DNA of 64,000 nt from Chiloscyllium plagiosum (Eukaryota), in NCBI RefSeq assembly GCF_004010195.1, contig NC_057720.1:19397717-19461716 (forward strand), in the 5' to 3' direction. Both the position numbers and the translations under genes were made by a program. Shown piece after piece: positions 24,358-36,794 of this stretch. Numbering within the stretch: the first letter of the stretch is position 1; each line of letters begins with the position of its first letter. The notes below the pieces were generated by a model. It had not been told where the DNA came from. It saw only the letters and a list, made by a program, of their open reading frames with translations, and did not search any database.

Positions 24358-27300
24358 GAGTCATAGAGATGTACAGCACAGAAACAGACCCTTCAGTCCA
24401 ACTCGTCCATGCTGACCAGATATCCTAACCTAATCTAGCCCCACCTGCCAGCACTTGGCCCATATCCCTCTTAAACCTTCCTATTAATATACCCATCCAG
24501 ATGTCTTTTAAATGCTGTAATTGTACCAGCTTCCTCTGGCAGCTCATTCCATACATGCACCACCCTCTACGTGAAAAAATTGTCCCTTAGGTCCCTTTAA
24601 TATCTTTCCCCTCTCACCCTAAACATAAGCCCTCTAGTTCTGGACTCCCCCACCCTAGATGAAAAGAAAACTTTGTCTATTAATCCTATCCATGCCCCTC
24701 ATGATTTTGTAAACCTCTATAAAGGTCGCCCCTCAGCCTCCAACGCTCCAGGGAAAACAGCCCCAGTCTATTCAGCCTTTCCCTACAGCTCAAACCCTCC
24801 AACCCTGGCAACACCCTTGTAAATCTTTTCTGAACCCTTTCAAATTTCACAACGTCTTTCTGATAGGAAGGAGACTGGAATTGCACACAATATTCCAAAA
24901 AATGGCTGAACCAATGTCCTGTACAGCCGCGACATGACCTCCCAACTTCTATACTCAATACTTTGATCAATAAAGAACAGCATACCAAACGTCATAGAGT
25001 CATAGAGATGTACAGCATGGAAACAGACCCTTCGGTCCAACCCGTCCATGCCAACCAGAAATCCCAACCCAATCTAGTCCCACCTGCCAGCACCGGGACA
25101 TATCCCTCCAAACCCTTCCTATTCATATGCCCATCCAAATGCCTCTTAAATGTTGCCAGCCTCCACCACATCCTCTGGCAGCTCATTCCATACACGTACC
25201 ACCCTCTGCGTGAAAAAGTTGCCCCTTAGGTCTCTTTTCTATCTTTCCCCTCTCACCCTAAACCTATGCCCTCTACTGGACTCCCCGGATCCCAGGGAAA
25301 AGACTTTGTCCATTTATCCTATCCATGCCCCTCATAATTTTGTAAACTGAAATAAAGGTCATCCCTCAGCCTCCGATGCTCCAGAGAAAACAGCCCAGCC
25401 TGTTCAGCCTCTCCCTATAGTTCAAATCCTCCAACCCTGGCAACATCCTTGTAAATCTTTTCTGAACCCTTTCAAGTTTCACAACATCTTTCCGATAGGA
25501 AGGAGACCAGAATTGCACACAATATTCCAACAGTGGCCAAACGAATATCCTGTACAGCTGCAACATAACCTCCCAACTCCTGTACTCAAATTCCTGTCAG
25601 GGTGAAAGGGAAGACTGGTAGGTATAGGGAATGCTGGATGACTAAAGAAATTGAGGGTTTGGTTAAGAAAAAGAAGGAAGCATATGTCAGGTATAGACAG
25701 GATAGATCGAGTGAATCCTTAGAGTATAAAGAAAGTAGGAATATACTTAAGAGGGAAATCAGGAGGGCAAAATGGGGACATGAGGTAGCTTTGGCAAATA
25801 GAATTAAAGAGAATCCAAAGGGTTTTTACAAATATATTAAGGAAAAAAGGGTAACTAGGGAGAGAATAGGGCCCCTCAAAGATCAGGAAGGCGGCCTTTG
25901 TGTGGAGCCACAGAAAATGGTGGAGATACTAAATGAATATTTTACATCACTATTTACTGTGGAAAAGGATATGGAAGATATAGACTGTAGGGAAATAGAT
26001 GGTGACATCTTGCAAGATGTCCAGATTACAGAGAAGGAAATGCTGGATGTCTTGAAACGGGTGCAGGTGGATAAATCCCCAGAACCTGATCAGAACTCTG
26101 TGGGAAGCTAGAGAAGTGATTGCTGGGACTCTTGCTGAGATATTTGTATCATCGATAGTCACAGGTGAGGTGCTGGAAGACTGGAGGTTGGCTAACGCGG
26201 TGCCATTGTTTAAGAAGGGTGGTAAAGACAAGCCAGGGAACTACAGACCGGTGAGCCTGACCTCTGTGGTGGGCAAGTTGTTGGAGGGAATCCTGAGGGA
26301 CAGGATGTACATGTATTTGAAAACACAAGGTCTGATTCAGAACAGTCAACATGGCTTTGTGCATGGGAAATCATGTCTCACAAACTTGATTGAGTTTTTT
26401 GAAGAAGTAACAAAGAAGATTGATGAGGGCAGAGCAGTAGATGTGATCTATATGGACTTCAGTAAGGCATTCGACAAGGTTCCCCATGGGAGACTGATTA
26501 GCAAGGTTAGATCTCACGGAATACAGGGAGAACTCACCATTTGGATACAGAACTGGCTCAAANNNNNNNNNNNNNNNNNNNNNNNNNNNNNNNNNNNNNN
26601 NNNNNNNNNNNNNNNNNNNNNNNNNNNNNNNNNNNNNNNNNNNNNNNNNNNNNNNNNNNNNNNNNNNNNNNNNNNNNNNNNNNNNNNNNNNNNNNNNNNN
26701 NNNNNNNNNNNNNNNNNNNNNNNNNNNNNNNNNNNNNNNNNNNNNNNNNNNNNNNNNNNNNNNNNNNNNNNNNNNNNNNNNNNNNNNNNNNNNNNNNNNN
26801 NNNNNNNNNNNNNNNNNNNNNNNNNNNNNNNNNNNNNNNNNNNNNNNNNNNNNNNNNNNNNNNNNNNNNNNNNNNNNNNNNNNNNNNNNNNNNNNNNNNN
26901 NNNNNNNNNNNNNNNNNNNNNNNNNNNNNNNNNNNNNNNNNNNNNNNNNNNNNNNNNNNNNNNNNNNNNNNNNNNNNNNNNNNNNNNNNNNNNNNNNNNN
27001 NNNNNNNNNNNNNNNNNNNNNNNNNNNNNNNNNNNNNNNNNNNNNNNNNNNNNNNNNNNNNNNNNNNNNNNGGTACATGTATGCAATGAGCTGCCAGAGG
27101 AAGTAGTGGAGGCTGGTACAATTGCAACATTTAAGAGGCATTTAGATGGGTATATGAATAGGAAGGGTTTGGAGGGATATGGGCCGGGTGCTAGCAGGTG
27201 GGACTAGATTGGGTTGGGATATGTGGTCGGTATGGACAGGTTGGACCGAAGGGTCTGTTTCCATGCTGTACATCTCTATGACTCTGACCAATATAGGAAA

Positions 27301-27955
27301 GCATACCAAACGCCTTCTTCACTGTCCTATCTACCTGCAACTCCAGTCTCAAGGAGCTATGAACCTGCACTCCAAGGTCTCTTTGTTCAGCAACACTCCC
27401 TAGGACCTTACCATTAAGTGTATAAGTCCTGCTAAGATTTCTTTTCCCAAAATGCAGCACCTCACATTTATCTAAAATAAACTCCATCTATCAAGATCTA
27501 TCTATCTATCAAGATCCCATCGTACACTGAGTAACCTTCTTCACTATCCACTACACCTCCAATTTTGGTGTCATCTGCAAATTTACTAACTATACCTCTT
27601 ATGTTCACATTCAAAGAATTTACATAAATGACAAAAGCAGTGCAAACAGCACCGATCCTTGTAATACATCACTGGTCACAGGCCTCCAGTCTGAAAAGCA
27701 ACCCTGCCACACCACGCTCTGTCTTATACCTTTGAGCCAGTTCTGTATCCAAATGGCTAGTTCGCCTTGTGTGCCATGAGATCTAATCTTGCTAATCAGT
27801 CTCCCATGGGGAACCTTCTCGAATGCCTTACTGAAGTTCATTTCGATCAAGTCCACTGCTCTGCCCTCATCAATCCTCTTTGTTACTTCTTCAAAAAACT
27901 CAATCAAGTTCGTGAGACATGATTTCTCATGCACAAAGTCATGCTGACTATACCT
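24355..27955. mobile_element. Nested CR1 cluster: a - strand copy (24355-24991, resuming 27285-27955) split by a - strand 3' end (24992-25590) joined to a + strand ORF2 copy (25590-27284)
   Basis: RT motifs [57 protein letters not shown] duplicated at both junctions. Confidence 0.9.
26563..27071. other. Assembly gap (509 N) inside a young CR1
   Basis: Run of N. Confidence 1.
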
Positions 27956-30685
27956 GTGAGCAGTTTTGCTCCCCTTCATTAAGGAAAGATATTATTTCAT
28001 TGGAAGCTCTGTCTTGTGATTTGGTGGGATATCAGGCTAGCAATGTTTGGACTGAAACATTTTAATCTTCATCTTCTGCTCTCTCTGTTTGGTGTCTTGG
28101 TCTCTTCGGGTGGTTTTCTCAGTAGACACTGGCTCTGCTCTTGACCATCCCCCATCTGGAAAAAGAGTTGCCAACTTTCCTTTGTGTAACGTTTCAGTTT
28201 CCTAAGAGGATTGTGTGCAAGGTAGTTCCTGGCTGGTGGTAGGGCGAAGCTGAGCTTTTAATGTGGTGCCCTATGTCTTGTTTGCTGAAATGTTCGAGCA
28301 ACAGCAGGAATTCCAGCTTTCCTGCTACATGATTGCATGAGAAGGACAGCAAACAGATGAAGAGCTGAGGTTAGCTTGAGAAATGCCCCTGAGACCCATG
28401 ATGAGACAATCCCCAAAAACAATCCATTTAATAATGGGCAATTTTAGTCTATAGTTTTAACAAATTGTGTTATATAAGATTTTCTTTGACTGTTTAAGGA
28501 TTTTCTTAGTTTAAATGTATGTTTGGGACGTGCTATTATGTGTAACATGTGGCATTGTTTAAACACATCCACCAATATTCTTGAACCAGTAAGCAGCAAG
28601 TAAATGCACTGTCGCACTTGTTTTAAATGAGAATCAGCATAATAAAGCCCCAGACTATAACATCAGTCAGCAAGGGATTAATACACCAATCCCCTTGTTT
28701 TCAGTTCATCACCAGCATTTCTTACTTTCATTTAGACTCCAGTTCAAAACCCATAAAACTACATTTACAGGGCTCTTTAAAATGACTAGTCAATTTTACA
28801 GCTACCTCTAGTTAAGATAAACTGTAATTTGACCTTTAAAACTAGACTTAAAAGTTCGACTGTGGATTTATAAACAGTACAAGATCAATCATGTCAGATC
28901 CTGACAGCAATTAAACTCAAAGGATAACCTCCTCGGTGGGGTTTCTCTGTAATACATTCCGTTTAAAGAAAGTTTAGAAAGTAAATTACTTGTATTGCTC
29001 GACACCTGATTTATCTTCTAAGTATATTTTCCTGGACTCTTGATATCATAAATAAAGCCTCCCCTAGACTGTCCACTTGCCAATGGCTCAGCAAATTTAT
29101 AAGGCAATGATAAGCAGGAAATTTCTGGACTTGAATCCAGGACTTTGCTGAATCAGCAGATCTCCGTCGGCTAACCATTGGCACCACTGCTTTTGGGTCA
29201 CTGAGGGGGGTAATAATCAGTTGGGGGTTACCACTGAAAGTTGCTGTTAATCACTGCAAGTGAGGTTGTATGAATATCTGACAGAACACTTAACTGTGTT
29301 GGATGACCAAGCTTAACGTCATTCACTGCTAAGGCTCTGTTGGCCTTTTCAGCAATGGACTGCAGAAATCCCAATACTTCTAGAACTGAATGTCAATGAG
29401 CAGTCACTGTTTGCAAGTTTAAGACAGCCATAAAGGATTGAGGGAGAAATATATGGATAAAGTGAAAGTCCAATCCAAATGAAACATAAGATCAGTAATG
29501 ATGAATCATATCGTTTAGTAATGTAGATAAGAATTTTGTTTCAAGATAAGCTTATCTAAATGGTTGGAAAATCATTTAATACAAAGGCAGACCGAAATTT
29601 TCATTACTGCTTACATATCCACTCTTTAAATAAATGAACTCTTGTCATACTCAACTATCAACATAATCTGTCGTGTTAGATGAAAGGTGTGCGGTTTGTA
29701 TGTCTTTCTTTTAGAATTTAGACTTCAAACTAGTTAATAAATCAGTGTTTCAGGAACCATGATTTTAAACCAATATGTATCAGGGAGCAGGTGAAGTTCA
29801 GGATGCCTGGAGTGTAAATAGATTTTGTTCATATTTTGGGGGTACATGACAGGAGACAGAGAACTTTAAGTGATTAGCTGGTGGAATCGAGAATCAACAT
29901 GCTTTATTAAAAAAAATTGATAAGCTTCTGGGTTCAGTTCAAAGAAACAGAAACAAAAATTGCTGGAAAAGCTCAGCAAGTCTAGCAGCATCTGCAGAGA
30001 GAACTCAGAGTTAATGTTTCAGGTCCAATGACCCTTCCTCCAAATTCTCAGTTCGAAGGAGACCTGACTGTGATCAGGTACAAGTATAATTTTTCCCAGG
30101 AAAGAACATTATTCTGAGCTGTTAAGGGAATAAATTATATCAGTTAAAAAAGAGTGTAGTTTGTGAAAGTTCTATACCAGTGGGTTTCTGGCTAGAATTC
30201 TGCAATAAACTTAGAAAGTCATACAGCTGAGATCTTGAAATGATAAAGTGAAATGTTCTCACAGCTCATAGCACAGGAACTGATATGAAGCAATTAATTC
30301 AATTGGTCAATTTGTTAGGGAAGGAAAATTTCTCCAGATTTTAATTAATTATAAAGTGATAATGATAGGAAGTAGATGGATTTTGTTTTGCTCTGTGATT
30401 TTTCATGCTGTTATACTTCAACAGGTTTATTTTATTTCTTATTGCTTTTGTGCATTATTCTTGGTATTTTATTAAAATCAAATCTGCACCCTTGTAGGCT
30501 TATGCCTCAGTGAAAACCCAACATTAAATATGATCCATCAAGCCAGATTTCATTCAGGGATCTGACTTGAAAATAGCAATATCCGCTGGAATCATAATGT
30601 ATATCATGTTCAACAATGATACAAATGGTTTATCCAGAAGATCAAAAAAATGCAACCAAATTAATTAAGTTTCAATAATATAAAA

Positions 30686-30888
30686 AAAACTGCAGAGGCT
30701 GGACATCTGAAACAAGGATACAACTTGCTGGAGAAACTCAGCAGGTCTGGCAGCATCTGTGGGGAGAAAGCAGAGTCTGGTGACTCTGATGAAGCCATAA
30801 GAGTTTCATTGGACTTGGAATGTTAACTCTTATCTCCCCATGGATGCTGCCAGACCTGCTTAGTTTCACCAGCAAGTTGTGTTTTTGT
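30686..30888. mobile_element. Family-C PLE-derived hairpin
   Basis: ACAACTTGCTGG..CAGGTCTGGCAGCATC versus GATGCTGCCAGACCTG..CCAGCAAGTTGT. Confidence 0.8.
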
Positions 30889-31085
30889 TAATTAAATTTC
30901 TACTCTGCGTCTGAAGGATGTAATGTCTAGTTCAATTAGTTTACAGCTTACAGAGCGGTTCATCCAGCCCTAGTGCTATATTTGGTGCTCTTCTCCTGGT
31001 AACTCTGCATAACCATCCCTTTCAGATAATAATCCAATTCCCTCTTGAATGTTTTGATTGAAGCTGCCTCTGTCACATTCTCATG

Positions 31086-31436
31086 CAGCACTGTGGCTCA
31101 GTCATTAGCATTACTGCCTCACAGCAGCGGGGACCCGGGTTTAATCCGGCCTGGGGCGACTGCCTGTGGAATTTGCACATTCTTCCCGTGTCTGCAGAGG
31201 TTTCCTGCAGGTGCTCCGGTTTTGTCCAACAAAGATGCGCAGGTTAGGCAGAGTGGCCATGATAAATTGCCCCCATTGTCCAGGGAAGTGCAGACTAGGT
31301 GGCTCAGCATTGGGAAAATGCAGGGTTACAAGGATAGAGTAGGGGGTGGGAGTGAGTCTGTTTGGAATGCTCTTTGGAGGGTCAGTGTGGACTTGATAGG
31401 TCTGCCTCCACACTGTAGGGATTTTAATGATTCTAT
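31086..31436 (+). mobile_element. HE1-type V-SINE, full length
   Basis: tRNA-like head GTGGCTCAGT..TTAGCA..GACCCGGGTT, core and ATTCTATG tail. Confidence 0.9.
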
Positions 31437-31576
31437 GAAACTAATTCTTAACAGCTTGTTTCCTAAAAAGGTTTCACCACATTTCTCCATTGTTTAATTT
31501 GCCAATTATCTCTCGCGCTTCTGTGAGCTGAAAGAGGTTTTCCCTGTCTGATTTGTTTAAATCTCTCATGATTTAA

Positions 31577-32110
31577 TAATTAAGGAATGATATTCCTACA
31601 GAATGTAGGATTTGAGCATGAAATTCAAAGTGTCTGTAATCAGGGCTGTACATCTGTAGTGCCGCTAATAATTAGGGAATTATATTCCAAATGTAGGAAG
31701 CAATCACATTATAAATATTTCATGCAGTTGGTAATTAGGAGCTCATAGTCCAAGTGGAATTCATAATTAGGAGATGCAATCCCAAATACATTTACTAACT
31801 TGAAGATGAAATCCCAAGGGCTTAGTAATGAAGATATTAAGTTTCTCTGCAGCTACTGGTCAGGGGTCAATATTCCTCGTACAGTTACTGATTAGGGAAT
31901 GACAAATTTTTGTTAGAGTTACCTATTAAAGGTATAACTTTTCTAGTCAGTGTTGTAACTAATGGATAATATTTCTGGTGCAAGTACTAATTAGAATCTA
32001 ATAATCCTAAAGCAATTAGGAATTAGGGAATAATATTTCTCATGCATTTAATTTGAGGGTCAAATTGCTAATGTAGTGAGTGATTATGGATAAGGAAAAT
32101 TGCAAAGCTG
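31577..32110. repeat. Highly degenerate tandem array, 17 units of ~31.5 bp (consensus approx. TAATTAGGGAATAATATTCCTCATGCAGTTAC)
   Basis: Unit starts at 31577, 31607, 31637, 31669, 31701, 31732, 31764, 31796, 31826, 31857, 31889, 31923, 31956, 31988, 32020, 32049 and 32081. Confidence 0.75.
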
Positions 32111-34970
32111 TCTTAAATACATGTTGTTTTACAGACTCTACACCAATAAAATCATCCAGATAACGTAGAAAAAGAAAGACGGAATTGAAGGGTGTAAACT
32201 TCAATAGAAGGGCCCTGTTCCAACCATCTTTTTAATCTTCCATTCTATTTGTCACAACTAAACAGCATAACTGGGCATGGGTCTCATTCAGCACATCAGC
32301 TTTTCTTAGTAAAACATTAAATAGAACAAGCAATTGGTAAAGATAAGAAGAATTTCTTATCAGGAATGGCTGGATAAGTTGAACTATTTGCTGGAGAAGA
32401 CTTATTATTCTTCCTCCTGATCCCAAGTTATTTATTTAATGATAGACTGGTATCATGCAGCGCCAGTATTTTACAGTATTGGGGATTGTCACTGGGTGTA
32501 GTTGGGATTGGTGAGATGAGGTTATATGCAAGTTCAACTGAAATCTCTGACACAAACGGGTGATTCCAAAGACGACATAAAGAAATGGTTGTTCCCCAGA
32601 ACCATTGAAGAAACAAGAGCTCACAACGCTATACAATCAAAACCAGTGGCCCACAAGTTCAGCAGAAGTTAATTACTTAAGACTGCCTTTGCAAATACAG
32701 TAATGTAGCCCTAAACATTTCTACTCCTTGGCAACCTCACCTACTGATATGGGGTTTGCTTGTTCCAAAATGCTGATAACACTCTAGCTCACCAGTTACT
32801 CCGAACACTGACTCCGCTGGAGCATAAGACATAGGAGCAGAAGTAGGCCATTCAGTCCATCAAGCCTGTTCTGCCATTCTTTGAGATCATGGCAAATCTG
32901 ATGATCCTTGGCTCATTACTCTGAGATACGTCCTCTGGTCCTGGACTCTCCCACAAGGGGAAACAATGTTTCCGCACCTACCCTGTCACATATCTCCTGA
33001 GAAACTTATATGTTTTAATTAAGGATGCCTCTCATTCTTCTAAATTCCAGTGAGTACAGGACCAATCTACTCGACTCCTCTTACCGGAACGAGGAGAAAT
33101 TTCTTCAGAGAATTGAGAGCCTGGGCAGTTCTTCGCCACAGAAAGTGATTCCAACCAAAACATTGAAATGTTTTCAAGGAGTTAAAGTATGGTTCTCTAG
33201 GCTAAAGGAACCAAAGAGTATGGGGAGAAAGTGCGAACTGGATACAGGGTTGGATGATCAGCCATGATGGAAGGCTCAATGAAAATTTAAACGACCAGGG
33301 CAGAAATTAAACACTGGGCCCTAGAATATTACTTGTGTTTCTGGATTAATAGTCTAACAATAATATCACTATATCAATGCAGGAGAAACAAAAGAGAGAT
33401 TTTACTATTGAAAAATTGGTGATCAGATCCACCCTCCTGCTCTTTTTGATTTTCCAGCCTTCCCACGGACAGCCAGGGAGAACGGAGCCCATCAGCCAGC
33501 AAGATACCAGGTTTGACACCTCATCTGTAATGAGCTAGCTGACCTCACTGTTGGGTGGTGGTAAAGAGGCTTCACACTAGCCTCAATATAGTTTCATTAG
33601 AGAGTAAAAGGGTAGTCAGCTTTTCCACTACAAATAGATATTGAACTTTAGAGTCAAACAGCATAGAAATCCCAGACGCTTCGGTCCACCATGTCTATGC
33701 CAACCAACAAACACCAAACCACAATTTGCCTGCACTTGGTCCATAGCCTACTCGGCTCCGGCATTTTAAGTACTCTTCCAGATGTTTCTTAAATGTTGCG
33801 AGAGTAACTGTCTCCTCTCAGATACTGCATTCCATTAGTTTACCATCCTCTGGGTTAAAAAAAATTCCTTATATCTCCTCCAAACCACTTGTTCCTCATC
33901 TTAAACCTTCTGGTCTTAGACAAGTCAGCCATGGGGAAAAAGATTCTCATGATCTGCCCGGTCTAGCTTCTCATAGTTTTGTGCACCTGATTCAGATCCT
34001 CACTCAGCCATCTCTGTTTTCAGAAAATCAAACTCAGCCTATCCAGTCTCTCCTCATAACTGAGGTCCTTCCATCTCAGGCAACATCTTGGTGAATCTCC
34101 TCTGCATCCTCTTCAGTGCAATCAGGTCCTTCTGGTAACGTATGCAGTTGTAGTCATAGAGTCACCACGCGTACAGCACAGAAATAGATCCTTCGGACCA
34201 ACTCATCCATGCCGACCAGATATCCTAAATTAATCTAGTGCCATTTGCCAGCATTTGGATCATATCCCTCTAAACCCTTCCTATTCATATACCCATCCAG
34301 ATGCCTTTTAAATGTTGTAATTGTACCAGCCTCCACCACTTTCTCTGGCAGCACATTCCATACACGCATCACCCTCTGCATGGAAGGTGCCTCTTGGGTC
34401 CATTTTAAATCTTTCTCCTCTCACCTTAAACTAGTCCTGTTCAAATTTTATCGTTTTCTATAAGATTCCCCCCATTCTTTAACATTCTATTGAATGTAAA
34501 CCCCAAAGCCAATCCAATCTCCCCTCAGCCATCATTGCTGCCATCCCAGGAATCAGTCTGGGAGCCTGCTGTCTCGGACTGGCTGACTTCCCCCAGTTGC
34601 GCTGTTTAACCCCCGGAGAATCATATAGTACAGGACAGGCCCTTCAGCCCATCAAGTCTGCCTCGTCCTGTTAGAAATTTGTAGGTTTCCACAAAATCCC
34701 AAACTTCCCCCCCCATCACCTCAAACTCCGGCGAATAGAGTCTGAACTGATCCAGTCACCAGGGACAGTGTTCATCAACAGCGCAATCTTGATTATTTAA
34801 CGGGGAGAGTGCCGCGTTAAACCCCTCTAGCTGGAAGCGAGCGCACACCAACATCCCCCCTCTGTCTTCCCCACATCTCCCCTCCCCACACCCTCACCCT
34901 CCCTGTCTCACATCCTGCCCCCATCCCCATTGCCCCACCACCATGTTTCCCTCTCCCCCCCATCACTCAC

Positions 34971-35200
34971 CCATGCCACCTTCTTACGCTTGACTGCCTG
35001 CAAGGCCTCTGTGAGACCACCTGAGGAACCATCCCCAAACTGGCCAGAAGAGGGCAGTAGCAGTGGTGGACAGGGAGGCCCACTCCCCTACCGCAGGGTG
35101 GGGGTGGTCCGAAAGGTGGGGGTAGTCCTGGGGAAGGTGTGGGTCCAAGCAGGGCAGGTCATCCTGGGGGGCCCCCTAGGCAGAGCTGGTGGCCCAGACA
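34971..35200 (-). pseudogene. Decayed Ena/VASP-family (VASP-like) proline-rich and G-actin-binding exon
   Basis: SGPPALPRGPP /+1/ G*PALLGPTPSPGLPPPFGPPPP /-1/ GSGPPCPPLLLPSSGQFGDGSSGGLTEALQAVKRKKVAW|GTGAGT; compare VASP GGPPAPP..(GPPPPP)n..GLAAAIAGAKLRKVSK. Stop codon in either reading. Confidence 0.65.
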
Positions 35201-35732
35201 CTGTACTGTATCTCCCCCTATTCCATCTCTGCCCACACTAATATTTTATAAATTTAAAACAAAAAACTTCCTTGCTCCTGTATTCTGTCCCCAGCAAATG
35301 ATAGCTAGATGTCTCCTTCACCACTCTGCCTATCCGTGCTGAGGGATGTGTGGACTTGTACTCCCTCCAGATCTACCATGCATTGTATACAGCCTTCCTT
35401 TATTAGGCATCCCAAAATACATGACCTTGCACTTCTCAGGATTAAATTCCACCTGCCATTCTGAAGAGTGTCACTGGACCCAAAACATTAACTCTGTTTC
35501 CTCTCAACAGGTACTGTCTGACCTACTGAGTTTCTCCAGTAACTGCTGGTTTTGTTCCGTCTGTCCAAATTAGCAACTGATCAATATTAGATGGTAGCCT
35601 GAGAACAGACCCTTCACTTTCGTGTCTTCTGCAAACTTACTAATTAAACTTTCTACATTCACATCCAAGTCATTAAATGTACATAACAAACATCGTAGGT
35701 CCCAGCACCAATCCTTGTGATGCACCAATGGT

Positions 35733-35877
35733 GGGAGAAAATGAGGACTGCAGATGCTGGAGATCAGACAGCTGGAAAAGCACAGCAGGTCAGGCAGCAT
35801 CTAAGGAGCAGGAGTATCAATTCTCCTGCTCCTTGGGTGCTGCCTGACCTGCTACACTTTTCCAGCACCACCCTCTC
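35733..35877. mobile_element. Family-A hairpin inside a - strand CR1
   Basis: Inverted GCTGGAAAAG..GCAGGAG arms; degraded flanking duplication. Confidence 0.8.
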
Positions 35878-36109
35878 GGTACAAATGGTAACAAGTTTTC
35901 AGTTACAAAAACAACACTGCAACGTCACACTTCGCCTTTTATTTGTATGTCAATTTCAGATCTAGTTTGTCAACTTGGCTTTTCAACCAGCCTTCCATGT
36001 GGGACCTTGCCAAAGGCCAAAGTGTAAACCACAACAACAGAACCACCCTCATCAATACGTTTAGTCACATTTTCAAAAAACTCAATTCAATTAATCAGAC
36101 TCCCTCTTA

Positions 36110-36418
36110 GGATGGCATGGTGGCTCAGTGGTTAATACTGCTGCCTCACAGTGCCATAGACCCAGGTTTGATTCCACCCTCGGGCAACTGTCTGTGTGGA
36201 GTTTGCACATTCTTCCTGTGTCTAAGTGGGTTTCCTCAGTTCAAAAATGTGCAGGTTAGGTGGATTGGCCATGCTGAATTGCCCGTAGTGTCCAGGCATG
36301 TGCAGACTGGGTGGATTAGCTGTGGGAAATGGGGCGGTTTTGGGTGTGTGCTCTTCAGAGAGTCAATGTGGACTCGATGGGTCGAATGGCTTGCTTCCAC
36401 ACTGTGAGAATTCTATAA
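36110..36418 (+). mobile_element. HE1-type V-SINE
   Basis: GGCATGGTGGCTCAGTGGTTAATACTGCTGCCTCACAG head. Confidence 0.9.
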
Positions 36419-36701
36419 TTTTAACAAATGCGCGCTGACTATCCCTGCCTTTCCAAGTTTCAATTGATCCTTGTCTCAGAATTTTTCCCAATAATTTCCC
36501 CACCACTGATGCCATACGGATTGGTCTGTAACTACCTGGCCTATCCCTGCTACCTTTCTTGAACAAAGGAATCACATTAGCTCTAGCTGCTGTCTATTAA
36601 ATATCTTTAAAATATTATTAGCTGAATAATGTTTTCTCTTGGTTATTAGTTGACAGGTTACTATTTTGTTCGGAATTGTCTGTCTGTTTAGTCACACTCA
36701 C

Positions 36702-36794
36702 CTCCACACCATCATATTCTTCATCAAAGAGTTTGAAGTATTCAGGGAGCCCCAACTGAGCCAGCCACTTGGAAATGGGAAGATGCTTCATCAT
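36702..36794 (-). CDS. bcar3: First coding segment, first half of a SAM domain (MMKHLPISKWLAQLGLPEYFKLFDEEYDGVE); whole exon 36702-36830 including 36 nt of 5' UTR; probably the BCAR3 long isoform
   Basis: Acceptor TCTCTCCCCGTTTCTGTAACAG|G, donor GAG|GTGAGT, in-frame upstream TGA, SAM motif WL..LGL.EY...F. Gene name is from recall. Confidence 0.8.

Noticed and set aside
26116..27207. Long 363-aa and neighbouring ORFs as an intact retrotransposon protein
   Set aside because: Their length comes from reading through 509 N, and a stop separates this ORF from the upstream CR1 ORF
29669..30599. Possible second solo LTR
   Set aside because: Starts with TGT and looks LTR-like, but has no clean CA end or TSD
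31577..32110. CRISPR array or coding repeat
   Set aside because: Eukaryotic context, no constant repeat plus unique spacer structure, no cas genes, and the period is not a multiple of three
34971..35200. Functional VASP gene in this window
   Set aside because: Stop codon and frameshifts, no EVH1 or other exons found, and it is embedded in CR1 debris
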